Assembly: GCA_963716985.1 (NCBI GenBank)
Contig: OY970323.1
Coordinates: 1,280,001 to 1,344,000 of the forward strand
Origin: an uncultured bacterium
Lineage (GTDB): Bacteria; Chlamydiota; Chlamydiia; Chlamydiales; SM23-39
Reading direction: 5' to 3'
Length of the DNA: 64,000 bases
Under the pieces are notes generated by a model that was not told the DNA's origin, made no database searches, and worked only from the letters and a program-made list of their open reading frames with translations. Of this stretch, positions 9,494 through 20,428 are shown in pieces (position 1 is the first letter of the stretch; every line of letters starts with the position of its first letter). The position numbers were made by a program, and so were the translations under genes.

Positions 9494-10309
9494 CTAAAAA
9501 GAAAAGGGAAATAGATAAGAGATTTCGAATGTGTTGACATTTTTCGGACAAAGCTTGGCCAGGACACGCCGTCCATAAGTGAATTTCAGAGTTCCCCATA
9601 CGCCCAGCTGGTACCCATAGCGAAAGGCAAGATCGATTGATTTTTGTCGCATTTTTCCATACCCATGGAAATGATCGATGTTCAAAGAATGTTTTCTGCC
9701 AAATCCATGCATCCCGTCTAAGAAAACCGAGAACTTATGGGTCTCATGAATATTTGTGTCCAAACCGAAAAGACCCTCGACCCAAGGAGATCCGATGGTC
9801 GCCTGACCAAGAGCGCCACAGAGCCAAATGCGCGCTCTCCATGAATCGTTATCTACAAACTCATTGCCGAGCGCAAAGTTTGCCGCAATTTCCAATGGCC
9901 CATGATAGGGCGAGCTGACATCTCTTAAGCTCGTATCCGACACATAACGCGCCGAAAGCCCCGTGGTAATAGTGAGTGGATCGCCCACGATATCATCCAT
10001 CCAAAGATAGCGAAACTGAACGGCCGTTGTTTCAAACCCAAACGAATGTCTCGGCGTATGAATCAGATGCAAATCAATGTCGACATCCCAATAGGGAGAT
10101 GCATGATAATCCAAATCCCAAAAAACATGATGGTCGTTGGATGTCGAGGACAAAGGAGGTGTGGCGCCCTGCACCTCGCGATAAAAATCATAAGCATAGC
10201 CCGTCAAAAAATGAAATTCATACACCCCGCCAAACCAGGGCTGCACTTCAAGTGCGGATGCTAAAAAAGGAAAGCAAAGCAATAAGGAAAAAAACCAATT
10301 TTTACACAT
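9494..10309 (-). CDS. Probable outer-membrane beta-barrel protein
   Basis: Signal peptide, alternating aromatic strands, C-terminal YLFPFSF. Confidence 0.55.
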   Translation of the reverse strand: MCKNWFFSLLLCFPFLASALEVQPWFGGVYEFHFLTGYAYDFYREVQGATPPLSSTSNDHHVFWDLDYHASPYWDVDIDLHLIHTPRHSFGFETTAVQFRYLWMDDIVGDPLTITTGLSARYVSDTSLRDVSSPYHGPLEIAANFALGNEFVDNDSWRARIWLCGALGQATIGSPWVEGLFGLDTNIHETHKFSVFLDGMHGFGRKHSLNIDHFHGYGKMRQKSIDLAFRYGYQLGVWGTLKFTYGRRVLAKLCPKNVNTFEISYLFPFSF

Positions 10310-10312
10310 GAA

Positions 10313-11257
10313 CTACCCCTTTTCCGAAAGAAAGCGCTCTGCATCAAGAGCAGCCATGCATCCCGAGGCGGCAGCCGTGATTGCTTGTCGATACACGGGA
10401 TCTTGTACATCCCCCGCTGCAAAAACCCCTTCGATGTTTGTCATAGGAGACCCCGTTTTGGCGGCAATGTACCCATGCGCATCCAATTGCAGCTGGTTCT
10501 TTAAAAATGCGGTATTGGGCTGAAATCCAATGGCGAAAAAGACACCTCCCGCCTCTCTTTTTTCCAACCGGCCCGAAGATACCTCTCTTAATACAACTTC
10601 TTTGACTAGCTTGTCGCCAAGAATCTGCACCATTTCGCGGTTCCAGAGAATTTTTATATTCAGGTTTTTGAAGACGCGATCTTGCATGATTTTAGAGGCT
10701 CTCAAAGAATCTCTTCGATGAACGATAAAAACGGTTTTTGCATATCTGGTCAAAAAAAGAGCTTCTTCAATGGCCGTATCCCCTCCCCCGATAACAAAGA
10801 GATCTTTCCCCCGAAAAATGGGGGAGGCTCCGTCGCAAACAGCACAGGCAGTCACCCCTTTTTGCCAAAACTCACCCTCCCGGCTTCCCGGAATATCCAG
10901 ACGCTTCACAGAAGCGCCGGTCGCAATGATCAGGGCTTTTGCCGTCACAGAAGTTTTCGTCCCTTGCACTAAAAAGGGGCGCGAAGAGAGGTTGACCGAA
11001 AGAACGTCTTCCCCAATCATTTGCGTACCAAATCGAAGCGCCTGCTTGCCGATCATTTCCATCAGCTCGCCCCCCATAATCCCTTCGGGAAAGCCGGGAA
11101 AATTCTCAACTTCGGTCGTCGTTGTGAGCTGTCCGCCGATGGGCCCTGACTGAAATCCTTCAAAAAGGAGAGGCGCCAGATCCGCTCGAGCTGCATAGAT
11201 GGCTGCCGTCAAACCAGCAGGTCCGCCTCCAATGATAACCAGTTCTTTTTCTTCCAT
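10313..11257 (-). CDS. trxB: Thioredoxin reductase
   Basis: [32 protein letters not shown]. Confidence 0.97.
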   Translation of the reverse strand: MEEKELVIIGGGPAGLTAAIYAARADLAPLLFEGFQSGPIGGQLTTTTEVENFPGFPEGIMGGELMEMIGKQALRFGTQMIGEDVLSVNLSSRPFLVQGTKTSVTAKALIIATGASVKRLDIPGSREGEFWQKGVTACAVCDGASPIFRGKDLFVIGGGDTAIEEALFLTRYAKTVFIVHRRDSLRASKIMQDRVFKNLNIKILWNREMVQILGDKLVKEVVLREVSSGRLEKREAGGVFFAIGFQPNTAFLKNQLQLDAHGYIAAKTGSPMTNIEGVFAAGDVQDPVYRQAITAAASGCMAALDAERFLSEKG

Positions 11258-11544
11258 ATAATCAATCGTTTGAAAAAAATAGATTATACCGAATAGAAAA
11301 AGAACACAAGAAGAACGCACGGCATCCCTTGCCTACAAAGGGAAGATGGCGTTTTTTAAAAAACTTAAATCCATTAAACTCACACTGCTACAAGCCCGAA
11401 AAAGAACGAAACATACAAATCTTGAGAATTTATGGAAAATTCAATATGACTTAATTGACAATATCCATAAAATATCGTCGTTTTTTAGAGAAAGTTTCTC
11501 TTAATTAAAGTAGTGTAAAAAACAAGAATCATTGAAGGCAAAAT

Positions 11545-14343
11545 ATGCGAAGGCTCGTTCGCAAAGCATTTGGCATTTATACGGGAGAGGGAAGGAACAC
11601 CTTCCGCTTTGGCCTGCTTGGCATTACTTGGGCATTTGCCTCGGGCACTGCCAATACGCTCGCCATGAGCTTTCTGTTGGAAAAATGCGGAATCGGTTTT
11701 TTGCCCTTGGCCTACCTGATCATCGCATCGGGCATGATCGGCGTCTCCTCGCTATTGATCTACTTTATTAGGAAAACCTCTTCTCATCGCATCTTTTTAT
11801 GGACAACCGCCATCGCTTCTTCCATTTTTTCCTTGGCAACGCTTCTGCTTTCCCACCACCCGGGAAGCTGGTTTTGGACTTTTTTCTTCATTTTTTCCTA
11901 TATTGCGGAAGCTGCCTTGATTGCCTGTTATTGGACCTTTGTCGACCAGTATCACGATCTTCAGGAAGCAAAGAGACTCTATGGCATCTACAATGCAGCT
12001 ATTTTTTTAGGATACGTCCTCTCCGGCGCGCTCATCAATCAGCTCATCAATGTCCTTGGAATCGCTCCCTTCTTCGCGGCAACCGCAATCTCCCTCTTCT
12101 TCTGTATGGGACAAATTCGAAAAATCGCCCGCAAATGCAGCCCTGTGGAAGATGATGCTCTGGATGAGGTTTTTTCTTCGGGAAAACGGGGCCTTTTGAC
12201 CCTTTTGCAAAATTTTTGCAAATCTCCCTATGCGCTCATCCTGGTGGGAATGAGCGTTCTCGCTCAAGTGCTCCGCACCTGCACCGAGATCAATTTTATG
12301 GAAACTTTTAGCAAGGTATTTGACCCATCTCATGCGGCAGTAACTCCTCGCCTAGAGGAGAATTTGATTGCGGAATTTATCGGAAAGCTCAAAGCCTTCA
12401 TCTATCTTGGAAATATCATTTTTGCCATGTTCTTCTATCGAAACTGCGTGCGGCGCTTTCAGCTTCCCAACATGCTGCTCATCCCCCCTATTTTCTTCCT
12501 TGTCGTCTTCGGCGACTGGCTCATTTACGACGCCCTTTTCGTCGCTGTCCTCGGAGTTATTGCCGTTGAATTTTTCCTCTTTTCGATCGAAGATAACAAT
12601 TTTAATCTCCTCGTCAATGCCGCCCCTTCCAAACTTAAAGGAGTTTTAAGAATCGTCAACGACTCCTTTTTTGAGCCGATCGGCATGCTCTTGAGCTCGG
12701 CCTTTCTTCTGCTCGTTCACACGAATAGCAAGTGGTTCGGCTTTGCTTTGGCAATTGCCTTCTTGCTCTCTGCATTCTTCATGAAAAGCATCTATTCCCA
12801 ATCCATGCTGGCACACTTGAAACAAAATGCCATTCGCTTTGAAAAGCGGATACGCGACTGGATGCACCTCTTGAATGCGAAAGAAAAAAGAGATCTTAAA
12901 AACGATCTGCTCAAAGCTCTTCATAGCGAAAACGAAGAAGACAAGCTCCTTGCCTTCGAGGCGCTCATTTCTTTTCAAGACGCTTCCTTTTTAGAAGATC
13001 TGGTCGGCCATGCCGATTCTCTGAGCATAGCCGGAAAAATTTCCTGGATCCGGTTCGTGGATGAGAGCAGTTTTTCGAAGGATCCCCAAATACTCGAACA
13101 GATCGATTCCTGGTCCAAAGCTTCTTCCTCGGAGCTCTTGAGCAAAACCGCCTCTCTTTTCTTGGCAAAAAGAGGGCTGCTTCATCCCGAAAAGGTCATC
13201 CAGCATTTGGACGGACGCGATCTTTACGAACGAACGGCCGCCATCATTACACTCAAAAAATCGCTCGCCAATCAATCCGCTGCAAAAGCCGGCCTATACA
13301 GAACCATCGCCTCGAAAGAGAGAGACCTGCTTCTCAAATCGGAAGAGTTGGACGAAATTGCCATGGGGCTTGAAATCTTAAGCGAGGAGAGCGGAAGAGA
13401 GGCCATGGAGAAAGCGCTTCCTTTTTTGAGCCACGAATCTTTGCGCATCAAACGATCGGCAGCAAAAAGCATCGAAAAACTCGCCGATAAAACGCAAAGC
13501 CGCTACGCATCGACAATACTCGATGCCCTGCAGTCGTCCGGCGATTCCATATTCCGCCTATCCTGCCTAGAAGCTCTTGGAAAAATTGGAGATTCCACAA
13601 CCGTCGCAGACATCATCCACTCAACCACCTATTTTCGACCCAATGAACGTAGGGTCGTCGAAAGCATCATCACCGGCATGGGGCTAAAAACCGTCCCGGT
13701 CTTGCTCTCCATTATTAAAAACGCCTCGATTCATAATCGCTGCCGCATATTGGCTGCGAAAATTTTGGGATCGATTGCGCTCCCGCAGCTGCAGGGCAAT
13801 CTGATGGACATCATCAATGCCGAGATCGAAAGAGCCTATTTTTATTTTTTATACGGCCATACCATTCCCAAACAATACCCCCTTTATGACTTGAGCCTGT
13901 TGCAAAACACACTCCTTTCCGGCTTCCAATCGGTCATCGACTTCATCGTCTATCTTTTAGGAATCGCCAGCTCCATTGAAGCGTGCGATTTCCTCGTTCA
14001 TGCTCTCCACGGAAAGAACGCGAAGGCCAGGACCAACGCCATTGAAACGCTTGAAAAAAACTCAGACTTCAAAATCTTTCGAGAGATCTCTCCTCTTCTT
14101 GACGATGTTCCCTGGGAAAGCAAAATTGAATCCTTTTCCGAGCTGAAGAACAAATTCCCAAAGCTTACGCTCACAAAACTGCTGGATCGCTTGGAAAACT
14201 CTCCCTCTCTTTTTGATCGCACAGTGAGCGCTCATTTAAAAGCCCAGATGCAAATTCCCAATTGGAAGCAATCATTAAGAGAGCAAATCAAAACAAGTGA
14301 TGAACTTTTTCACCATTTTGCCTATGAGTTATTGGACATATGA
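11545..14343 (+). CDS. NTT/TLC-like MFS membrane domain fused to HEAT repeats (CT234-like)
   Basis: About 12 hydrophobic segments incl. WTFVDQYHDLQEAKRLYGI, then HEAT-like helical repeats (LEALGKIGD, LAAKILG). Confidence 0.8.
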   Translation: MRRLVRKAFGIYTGEGRNTFRFGLLGITWAFASGTANTLAMSFLLEKCGIGFLPLAYLIIASGMIGVSSLLIYFIRKTSSHRIFLWTTAIASSIFSLATLLLSHHPGSWFWTFFFIFSYIAEAALIACYWTFVDQYHDLQEAKRLYGIYNAAIFLGYVLSGALINQLINVLGIAPFFAATAISLFFCMGQIRKIARKCSPVEDDALDEVFSSGKRGLLTLLQNFCKSPYALILVGMSVLAQVLRTCTEINFMETFSKVFDPSHAAVTPRLEENLIAEFIGKLKAFIYLGNIIFAMFFYRNCVRRFQLPNMLLIPPIFFLVVFGDWLIYDALFVAVLGVIAVEFFLFSIEDNNFNLLVNAAPSKLKGVLRIVNDSFFEPIGMLLSSAFLLLVHTNSKWFGFALAIAFLLSAFFMKSIYSQSMLAHLKQNAIRFEKRIRDWMHLLNAKEKRDLKNDLLKALHSENEEDKLLAFEALISFQDASFLEDLVGHADSLSIAGKISWIRFVDESSFSKDPQILEQIDSWSKASSSELLSKTASLFLAKRGLLHPEKVIQHLDGRDLYERTAAIITLKKSLANQSAAKAGLYRTIASKERDLLLKSEELDEIAMGLEILSEESGREAMEKALPFLSHESLRIKRSAAKSIEKLADKTQSRYASTILDALQSSGDSIFRLSCLEALGKIGDSTTVADIIHSTTYFRPNERRVVESIITGMGLKTVPVLLSIIKNASIHNRCRILAAKILGSIALPQLQGNLMDIINAEIERAYFYFLYGHTIPKQYPLYDLSLLQNTLLSGFQSVIDFIVYLLGIASSIEACDFLVHALHGKNAKARTNAIETLEKNSDFKIFREISPLLDDVPWESKIESFSELKNKFPKLTLTKLLDRLENSPSLFDRTVSAHLKAQMQIPNWKQSLREQIKTSDELFHHFAYELLDI

Positions 14344-14774
14344 AACAATTAAGCTTGATTGAAAAAGCCTTTTTCCTAAAAAAAACACGCCTCTTCCAAG
14401 ATCTAGATCTGGATCTGCTCGTCGCCATTGCAGACAAGATGAACCAGGATGTCTATGAAGCCGGAGAAAAGATCTTTGATCAAAACCAAAGAGCGAATCG
14501 CATGTATTTGATCGCCAGCGGAAAGGTCAACCTTTTTGATGAAAATGAGAGCATCATGGCACAGCTGTCCAGAGCAGATTTTTTTGGAGACGAATCTCTA
14601 TTTAACGATAAGGAGAGGGGATATCTGGCAATTTGCGAAGAGCAAACCCTCTTTCTCACTCTTTCCAAAAGCCACCTGTTGAACGTTCTCTCCGAATGTC
14701 CCAGCGTCGCCATCTCCCTGTTACAATCCTACGCACAAAACGTGAAAAGCCGCTATCTTCGAGAAAAAATATGA
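14340..14774 (+). CDS. Cyclic-nucleotide-binding domain protein (CT235-like)
   Basis: GEKIFDQ, MYLIASGKV, DFFGDESLF…R; ATGA-coupled to the upstream gene. Confidence 0.9.
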   Translation: MKQLSLIEKAFFLKKTRLFQDLDLDLLVAIADKMNQDVYEAGEKIFDQNQRANRMYLIASGKVNLFDENESIMAQLSRADFFGDESLFNDKERGYLAICEEQTLFLTLSKSHLLNVLSECPSVAISLLQSYAQNVKSRYLREKI

Positions 14775-16225
14775 CGATTCGCTCGCGCCTTCTTTTCTTT
14801 TTGCTGCCCCCAATGATCGCCGCCATTTTATTTATCTCTTCTGCACTGGCCTATTATTGGTATCAGGAGCTACTCGAGGGATTTCGAACGCGGCTGCGCT
14901 CTGCTATCGTCACCTCATCTGCCATGATCCACCCCGACGAGATTCCCGCTTCCGACGCAAAAAAGAACAAAAATCCGCGCGCCTTCCTCTTTGAAGCTTT
15001 GAAGGAAATTCAAGCCGAATTGGACATCACCCACCTTTATATCATTCAGATGAAGCCAAACCTCAAGCATGAAGAGAGCGCCTTTCCTTATCTCTTCCAT
15101 ACCGTTGCCCTCTCCCCCTCTGAGCATGCGCAAGAGCCCCACGTTCCTCTTTTTGCCCAAAGCCATCTCCCCTTCTTCACTCAAGAAGTATTCATCACCC
15201 CCATCTACAAGGCAAAAGACGGTTCTAAAATCATGACCGGATATGCGCCGATACTCGATGCGCAAGAAAGCGTCATCGGCGTCGTTGCCGCAGATGCGAG
15301 CGTGAAGATCATCGACAAAAAGCTTCATGAAGGGCTGTGGATGATCGCACTTTCTTCCGGAATGACCATCCTCATCATCACAACCATCCTCTTCATCATT
15401 GCCAATAAGATTGCCCATCCCGTCCAAAAACTGAACAACTCTGCGCTTGCCATCGCCGGCGGAGGATATGGCCAACAGATCCAGGTCAAAGGGCCCAAAG
15501 AGATCGTCGAGCTTTCCAACACGCTTTCCACAATGAGCGAATGTCTTTATGAAAACATCAACCGCCTCAAGGAAAATTCTCTATTAAAAGAAAAGATGTA
15601 TGGAGAGTATGAGTGCGCTCTTTTCTTGCAAAACCACATGCTGCAAAAGGTCATTGACGAGTGCGACACTGACGCGATTGGGCTCAAGGCCATCTCCTTC
15701 TTTTCCCGCAATCCCCGCGGCCTTCTTTTAGATCTTCCCGAAACCGAGGATCAAGAGCAGATCCTCATTCACCTAGTGGAAGCCAAAGACAAGGGTTTTG
15801 AAGAGATGTACCAGCTTCTCACCAACTACAAACTTTTCAAAGAGAATCCCAAAACCGATCTTGGAGATGAGTTTCCCTTTCTTCAAATATTTCTTCTCAA
15901 AGAAAAGCATCAGATGGCGATCCAATCCAACCAATTCCTTCCCCCCTTTATCTGGTCCACCAAACAGCAAAAGCTTCTCGATACCAAAGCCAAAACCTTT
16001 ACTCTTGAGCCGGGGGACCTCTTCTTCCTCTCTTCTTCGGGTCTTGTGAACTTTTTTGAAGGAAAAGAAGAGATCGGCAATCTTCTCATCAAGGTACTCA
16101 AATTCTTTGCCGAAGATGGTCTTGAGATCTGCGTCAGCATGCTGCAAAAAGAGCTCTCTTTTGCCACGAAGAAAAAAGAGCTGCTCCATGATATGCATTT
16201 ACTCTGCTTTCAACTACTCTATTAA
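14771..16225 (+). CDS. Membrane sensor: TM-periplasmic domain-TM-HAMP-degenerate PP2C/SpoIIE
   Basis: Two TM segments, MTGYAPILD sensor-like motif, HAMP (PVQKL…KEIVELSNTLSTM), LEPGDLFFLSSSGL. Confidence 0.72.
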   Translation: MTIRSRLLFFLLPPMIAAILFISSALAYYWYQELLEGFRTRLRSAIVTSSAMIHPDEIPASDAKKNKNPRAFLFEALKEIQAELDITHLYIIQMKPNLKHEESAFPYLFHTVALSPSEHAQEPHVPLFAQSHLPFFTQEVFITPIYKAKDGSKIMTGYAPILDAQESVIGVVAADASVKIIDKKLHEGLWMIALSSGMTILIITTILFIIANKIAHPVQKLNNSALAIAGGGYGQQIQVKGPKEIVELSNTLSTMSECLYENINRLKENSLLKEKMYGEYECALFLQNHMLQKVIDECDTDAIGLKAISFFSRNPRGLLLDLPETEDQEQILIHLVEAKDKGFEEMYQLLTNYKLFKENPKTDLGDEFPFLQIFLLKEKHQMAIQSNQFLPPFIWSTKQQKLLDTKAKTFTLEPGDLFFLSSSGLVNFFEGKEEIGNLLIKVLKFFAEDGLEICVSMLQKELSFATKKKELLHDMHLLCFQLLY

Positions 16226-16256
16226 AGGATTAGAAAATGACATAAGAGCACTCTTG

Positions 16257-16455
16257 CTAATCGTTACCCACAAGTTCTGTTTGCCTTTGAAAAACCATGC
16301 AAAAAGATGGTTTAAGGAGGCGCATCATGCGACCCTTTTTTACAAGAGAAAATGGGGGTATCGACGCAAAAAACAGCAAGTGCCTTAGCTGTTGACGCGC
16401 CGGATTCAAAGACCGTTGAACATCAGTCTGTTATATACTTGTGGGTAAGGATCAG
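16257..16455. mobile_element. 199-bp MITE or internal-deletion derivative of an IS50-like element
   Basis: Ends CTAATCGTTACCCACAAGT / ACTTGTGGGTAAGGATCAG (right end identical to the ends of IS 48034-51341); direct repeat GAGCACTCTT at 16246-16255 and 16456-16465. Confidence 0.8.
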
Positions 16456-16499
16456 GAGCACTCTTACGCGCGATTAGAGAACAAGGTCAAAAAATTACC

Positions 16500-18284
16500 A
16501 CTGGAGTTTGGACTAATTTCGCGCCGAAGCGGCGCTCAATCAGTTCAAAATTTTTCATTCGATTTAACATCGCATAGGTGCAGGACGATTTTTTGACCAA
16601 ATCCGCCGTACGCGAGAATATCTTGCTTGAGACTTAGATCTCCCACGAGTAAGAAGCTTTTTCTGTCGTTCCAATAAATCTCGGCTTGCAGGCGTGATTT
16701 CTTTTTCAGCTGATTTCCGGATCACAGAACGATCGGGTCTTTCTCCACTTTTCTGCCCCAATTGCCTTCCGGGCGATTTTCCTCGGGGTTTGGGAACGGG
16801 AGCTGGTGTCCCAATCTCCCGGATTATTCGACGGTAGTCTCTTTGTACTTGCGACGGCCGCTCGATAGAACCGAGGACTTGGATCTTTTTCTTTTCCCAA
16901 GGATATCGCACTGCCAATGCCAAGGATCTGGCATGATAGAGCATATTATATGCCAAAAGTCCTATCCAATGCCAATTTTCTTCGTGCCGGGTCTCGCATG
17001 TTTGCGCATTTACTAACTGCAACCGTTGTTTCCCAAAGCGGAAAAAGTGCTCTATATCATACCTTCTTCCATAAGCAATGTGAGCATCCTTGCTGCTCAC
17101 TTCTCGGCGCCTGGCACCAACGATTATCACCCAAAGGGGGCGTCGATATACCGGTTTCCCTTTTTTATCTGTTACTGTCACTTTCAACAAGTCAAAAGGG
17201 TGCTCATGTGTCCGCTCTTCCTTTGAGCCCTGCATGATGATATCGTTCCAACGTTGTAATAAAACTTGGCATTCTTTTCCCCTCCTGGTGATTATTGTTG
17301 TGATTTCTTCCAAATCGGGTTCAGATGGGTCATGAAGTAATAATTCTTCACCATAAGCTTGAGGCCGGCCTCTTCGCGTCTGATCATTTGAAGCTGGCAT
17401 TCGAAATAATTTTCGGTTGCCTCTCACTCTCGCAATTTGGACGACATGAGGCCATTTACTGACACCAATGACCCAACTTTTAGTGCTATATGCAGCATCT
17501 GTAACACTGATGCAAAAGTGATCTTTGAAATCTGTTCGGTTTGCAATTTCCTCCAATTGTCTTAGACCTACCTGAGGCCCGGATTGGTCTGACTGAACTC
17601 GCCTGACTGATAACGGGACCACCCAATGTAGCTCTCGATCCTCTGCTCGATTCGGTAAATAAACCAAAACGCTATACTCATGACCTATAGTAATTGGCTT
17701 TTGCCCTGGCACATGGTTGGGAGCATGAACACTTGTGCGATCATCCACTTTACTCGCGTAGATTCTCGGATTGGCAGTACAATCAATCGCAAACAGGACA
17801 CGGCCATTTTCCGACAGGCTGGGTGCGCACTTCTCTGCCAACAGCTACGTTACTTTGAAAACTTGCTTTTGCCTGTCCTCATCTGTTGGCGGTATTTTTA
17901 AATTCGTCCGAAATAGGCTGTCCAGTACGTCTGTAAGACTAGAGTAGGTTCTCCTGAACAAATCTGACAAACTCAATTTAACCACGCTATCCGCTGTAGT
18001 CGTTGCGGACACTGCATCTATAAGATCCACTGTCGCTCCAGCTCTGTAAGGAAAGAGCTGAAATAAGCGATGACGAAAAGTTTGGAATTTAGCTACTATT
18101 AATTCGATCATGGGGCCTTTGGTTGTTTTTTTGTCTTTCAACAAAAAATTCCAACCCATGATCATTTTTTTGGAAAGTAATTTTTTTGATTTTGCCTAAA
18201 CATTAATCAACTACTGGGCAGCGAGACTCAAATTCCTTTGAACTGATTTCGCGACAAAGGAGCGAAATTAGTCCAAAGTCCAGT
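16500..18284 (-). mobile_element. IS701-like (DDE_5) insertion sequence
   Basis: TIRs ACTGGAGTTTGGACTAATTTCGC / GCGAAATTAGTCCAAAGTCCAGT; flanking duplication TACC (TTACCA if the ends are 1 nt shorter). Confidence 0.85.
16564..18111 (-). pseudogene. IS701-like transposase with an in-frame TAG at 17845-17847
   Basis: Two track ORFs are in the same frame (KVT*LLAEKC); LFAIDCT, DAAY, YGRRYDIEHFFRFGKQ. Confidence 0.85.
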
Positions 18285-18432
18285 TACCAAAAGCAGACAT
18301 TTCTAAACGCCTGAAAGCGAACATCTTAAAAAACGCTAACAAAAGCTCCGATTTTTCTTGCGGAAAATTGCTAAATTTTATTATAATTATAATTGTTTTT
18401 ACAAATTAAAATTAAAAGAGGAGTGAAATAAT

Positions 18433-18699
18433 ATGAGTTCAATAATCCTTGCTAGACTTTCAGAGAGCACCAGAGGTTGGCGTTTAGTATTGGCCGCACA
18501 AGATGGCGACCGAAAAACTGCGCAAGCGCTACTAGCTTCTGGACCCATTTCAGATAGCGATAAACAGTGGGCTATAATACCAATGGGTGGCGACCCATAC
18601 TTGACAGAGCTGATAAAAAAAACCTTGTCCGCCGATTGTCAACCCATTAAGTCTTTGGACACTACTGCTTGGTATAGATACATAAAGCCACAAGAGTGA
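18433..18699 (+). CDS. Small protein with one ankyrin-like repeat
   Basis: RBS AGAGGAG, AT-rich upstream region with TATAAT, LVLAAQDGDRKTAQALLASG. Confidence 0.5.
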   Translation: MSSIILARLSESTRGWRLVLAAQDGDRKTAQALLASGPISDSDKQWAIIPMGGDPYLTELIKKTLSADCQPIKSLDTTAWYRYIKPQE

Positions 18700-18864
18700 G
18701 AACCAAGATTCTTGCTGACAATTGACAAGCAGCCGGTTGCGCATTGAAAACTCCAAAAATAAGGAGTTTTTATGTTGGATCAAAGGGAAGCAGAAGAAGG
18801 ATTGAAGACCTATGTGCAAAGGATCTTCAGTCCTGCATGATAGATTACTCAAGAAAGTTCACAT

Positions 18865-19242
18865 TCAAGCCTTGGGCTTCTTTTGCCGATAATCTTCGAT
18901 CGCCTTTTTTAAAGCTTCCGCTCCAAGTACGGAACAATGGATCTTCACGTCAGGCAATCCTCCTAGATGATCGACAATATCCCGGTTGGTGATTTTGAGC
19001 GCCTCTTCCGGGGTCTTCCCAATGACCATTTCCGTTAAAGCGGAGCTCGTTGCAATTGCCGCTGCGCACCCGAAGGTCTTGAATTTGGCATCGGTGATTC
19101 TGCCCTCTTCCACCTTGATGGTGATCTGCATGATATCGCCGCATTTTGCATTGCCTACCTTGCCAAGGCCATCCGGACAAGAAATTTCCCCTACGTTGCG
19201 AGGACTCGTAAAATGATCTAAAACTTTTTCATTATAGGACAT
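18865..19242 (-). CDS. iscU: Fe-S scaffold protein IscU/NifU_N
   Basis: YNEKVLDHF…PRNVG, CGD, KTFGC, KIHCS. Confidence 0.95.
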   Translation of the reverse strand: MSYNEKVLDHFTSPRNVGEISCPDGLGKVGNAKCGDIMQITIKVEEGRITDAKFKTFGCAAAIATSSALTEMVIGKTPEEALKITNRDIVDHLGGLPDVKIHCSVLGAEALKKAIEDYRQKKPKA

Positions 19243-19249
19243 CGTTTTC

Positions 19250-20428
19250 TCACCTGGTTAAAGGAGACATGTTTCGTAACTTTTCTACAATCGATGTAAA
19301 AATAGGAATAGCCGCTTCGAGATCCTCTTTTTTTACCGATCGTCCCAAAGCAAAGCGAACGGAGCCATGGGCCATCTCATGGGTAATTCCCATCGCCAAA
19401 AGAACATGGGAGGGCTCTAAGGAATGAGAAGAACAGGCAGAGCCCGTAGAGGCGGCAATGCCCGCTTGACTCAAATGAAGAATAATCGACTCCCCTTCAA
19501 TGAAAGGAACCGAGACGTTCAAGAGATGAGGCAAACGATCCGTGGGGTGGCCATTGAGAACAAGGCCGTCTATCTTCTCCATCAGCTCTTGTTGGAAAAA
19601 ATCGCGCAAAGCCTTCATCTCCAGAGAAAAACTTTGCATCTCCTGCCGTGTCAGGGAACAGGCTTTGCCAAAACCAATAATGCCGGCAACATTCTCCGTT
19701 GAAGCACGCATCATTCGTTCCTGATGGCCTCCATGAAGAATAGCCCGGATCGGCGTTTTCTTGCGAATGTAAAGAGCGCCGACTCCCTTAGGCCCGTAAA
19801 GCTTGTGAGAAGAGAGGCTCAAAAGGTCCACGCCGAGAGTCTGAACGTCGATCGGGACGATCGGGGCGGTTTGCACTGCATCGGAATGAAAATAGATCTT
19901 TTTCCCAAACTCTTGTGATTTTTTTTGGATGATCCGGCTGATTTCGGATAAAGGCTGAATGGTCCCCACCTCGTTGCTCGCATGCATGATCGAAACCAAA
20001 AGCGTCTCTTTGCAAATCGCTTTTTCTAAAGCAGAAAGATCCACTTTTCCAAAAGCATCCACCGGCAAATAGGTCACCTGCCCGCCTTTTTTCTCGAGCT
20101 CATGGGCAGGAGATAAAACCGAGGAGTGTTCGATCTTGGAAACAATCAGGTGACTCTGCTCGCTACTGTTTAACAGCAGGCCAAAAAGAGCTAGGTTATT
20201 CGATTCGGTCCCGCTAGAAGTAAAAACAATTTCTTCCGCATTTGCCCCAAGAAGGCGAGCCACCTCTTCTCGTGCATTTTCCATCGCTCCCTTTGTTTCC
20301 TGACCCCACAGGTGGATGCTAGAAGCATTGCCAAATCGCTCGGAAAAATAGGGCATCATGGCATCGAGGACCTCCTTTCGTACGTAGGTAGCCGCAGCAT
20401 AGTCTAGGTAGAGCTTTTTTGATGGCAT
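19250..20428 (-). CDS. iscS: Cysteine desulfurase (IscS/NifS type)
   Basis: [26 protein letters not shown]…EPSHVL. Confidence 0.95.
   Translation of the reverse strand: MPSKKLYLDYAAATYVRKEVLDAMMPYFSERFGNASSIHLWGQETKGAMENAREEVARLLGANAEEIVFTSSGTESNNLALFGLLLNSSEQSHLIVSKIEHSSVLSPAHELEKKGGQVTYLPVDAFGKVDLSALEKAICKETLLVSIMHASNEVGTIQPLSEISRIIQKKSQEFGKKIYFHSDAVQTAPIVPIDVQTLGVDLLSLSSHKLYGPKGVGALYIRKKTPIRAILHGGHQERMMRASTENVAGIIGFGKACSLTRQEMQSFSLEMKALRDFFQQELMEKIDGLVLNGHPTDRLPHLLNVSVPFIEGESIILHLSQAGIAASTGSACSSHSLEPSHVLLAMGITHEMAHGSVRFALGRSVKKEDLEAAIPIFTSIVEKLRNMSPLTR

Noticed and set aside
14633..14770. N-terminal extensions in the ORF track (also fabH 24124, RluA 4225, DUF502 31306, upp 62963)
   Set aside because: They overlap upstream genes or intergenic DNA; ATGA coupling or RBS position supports the later starts
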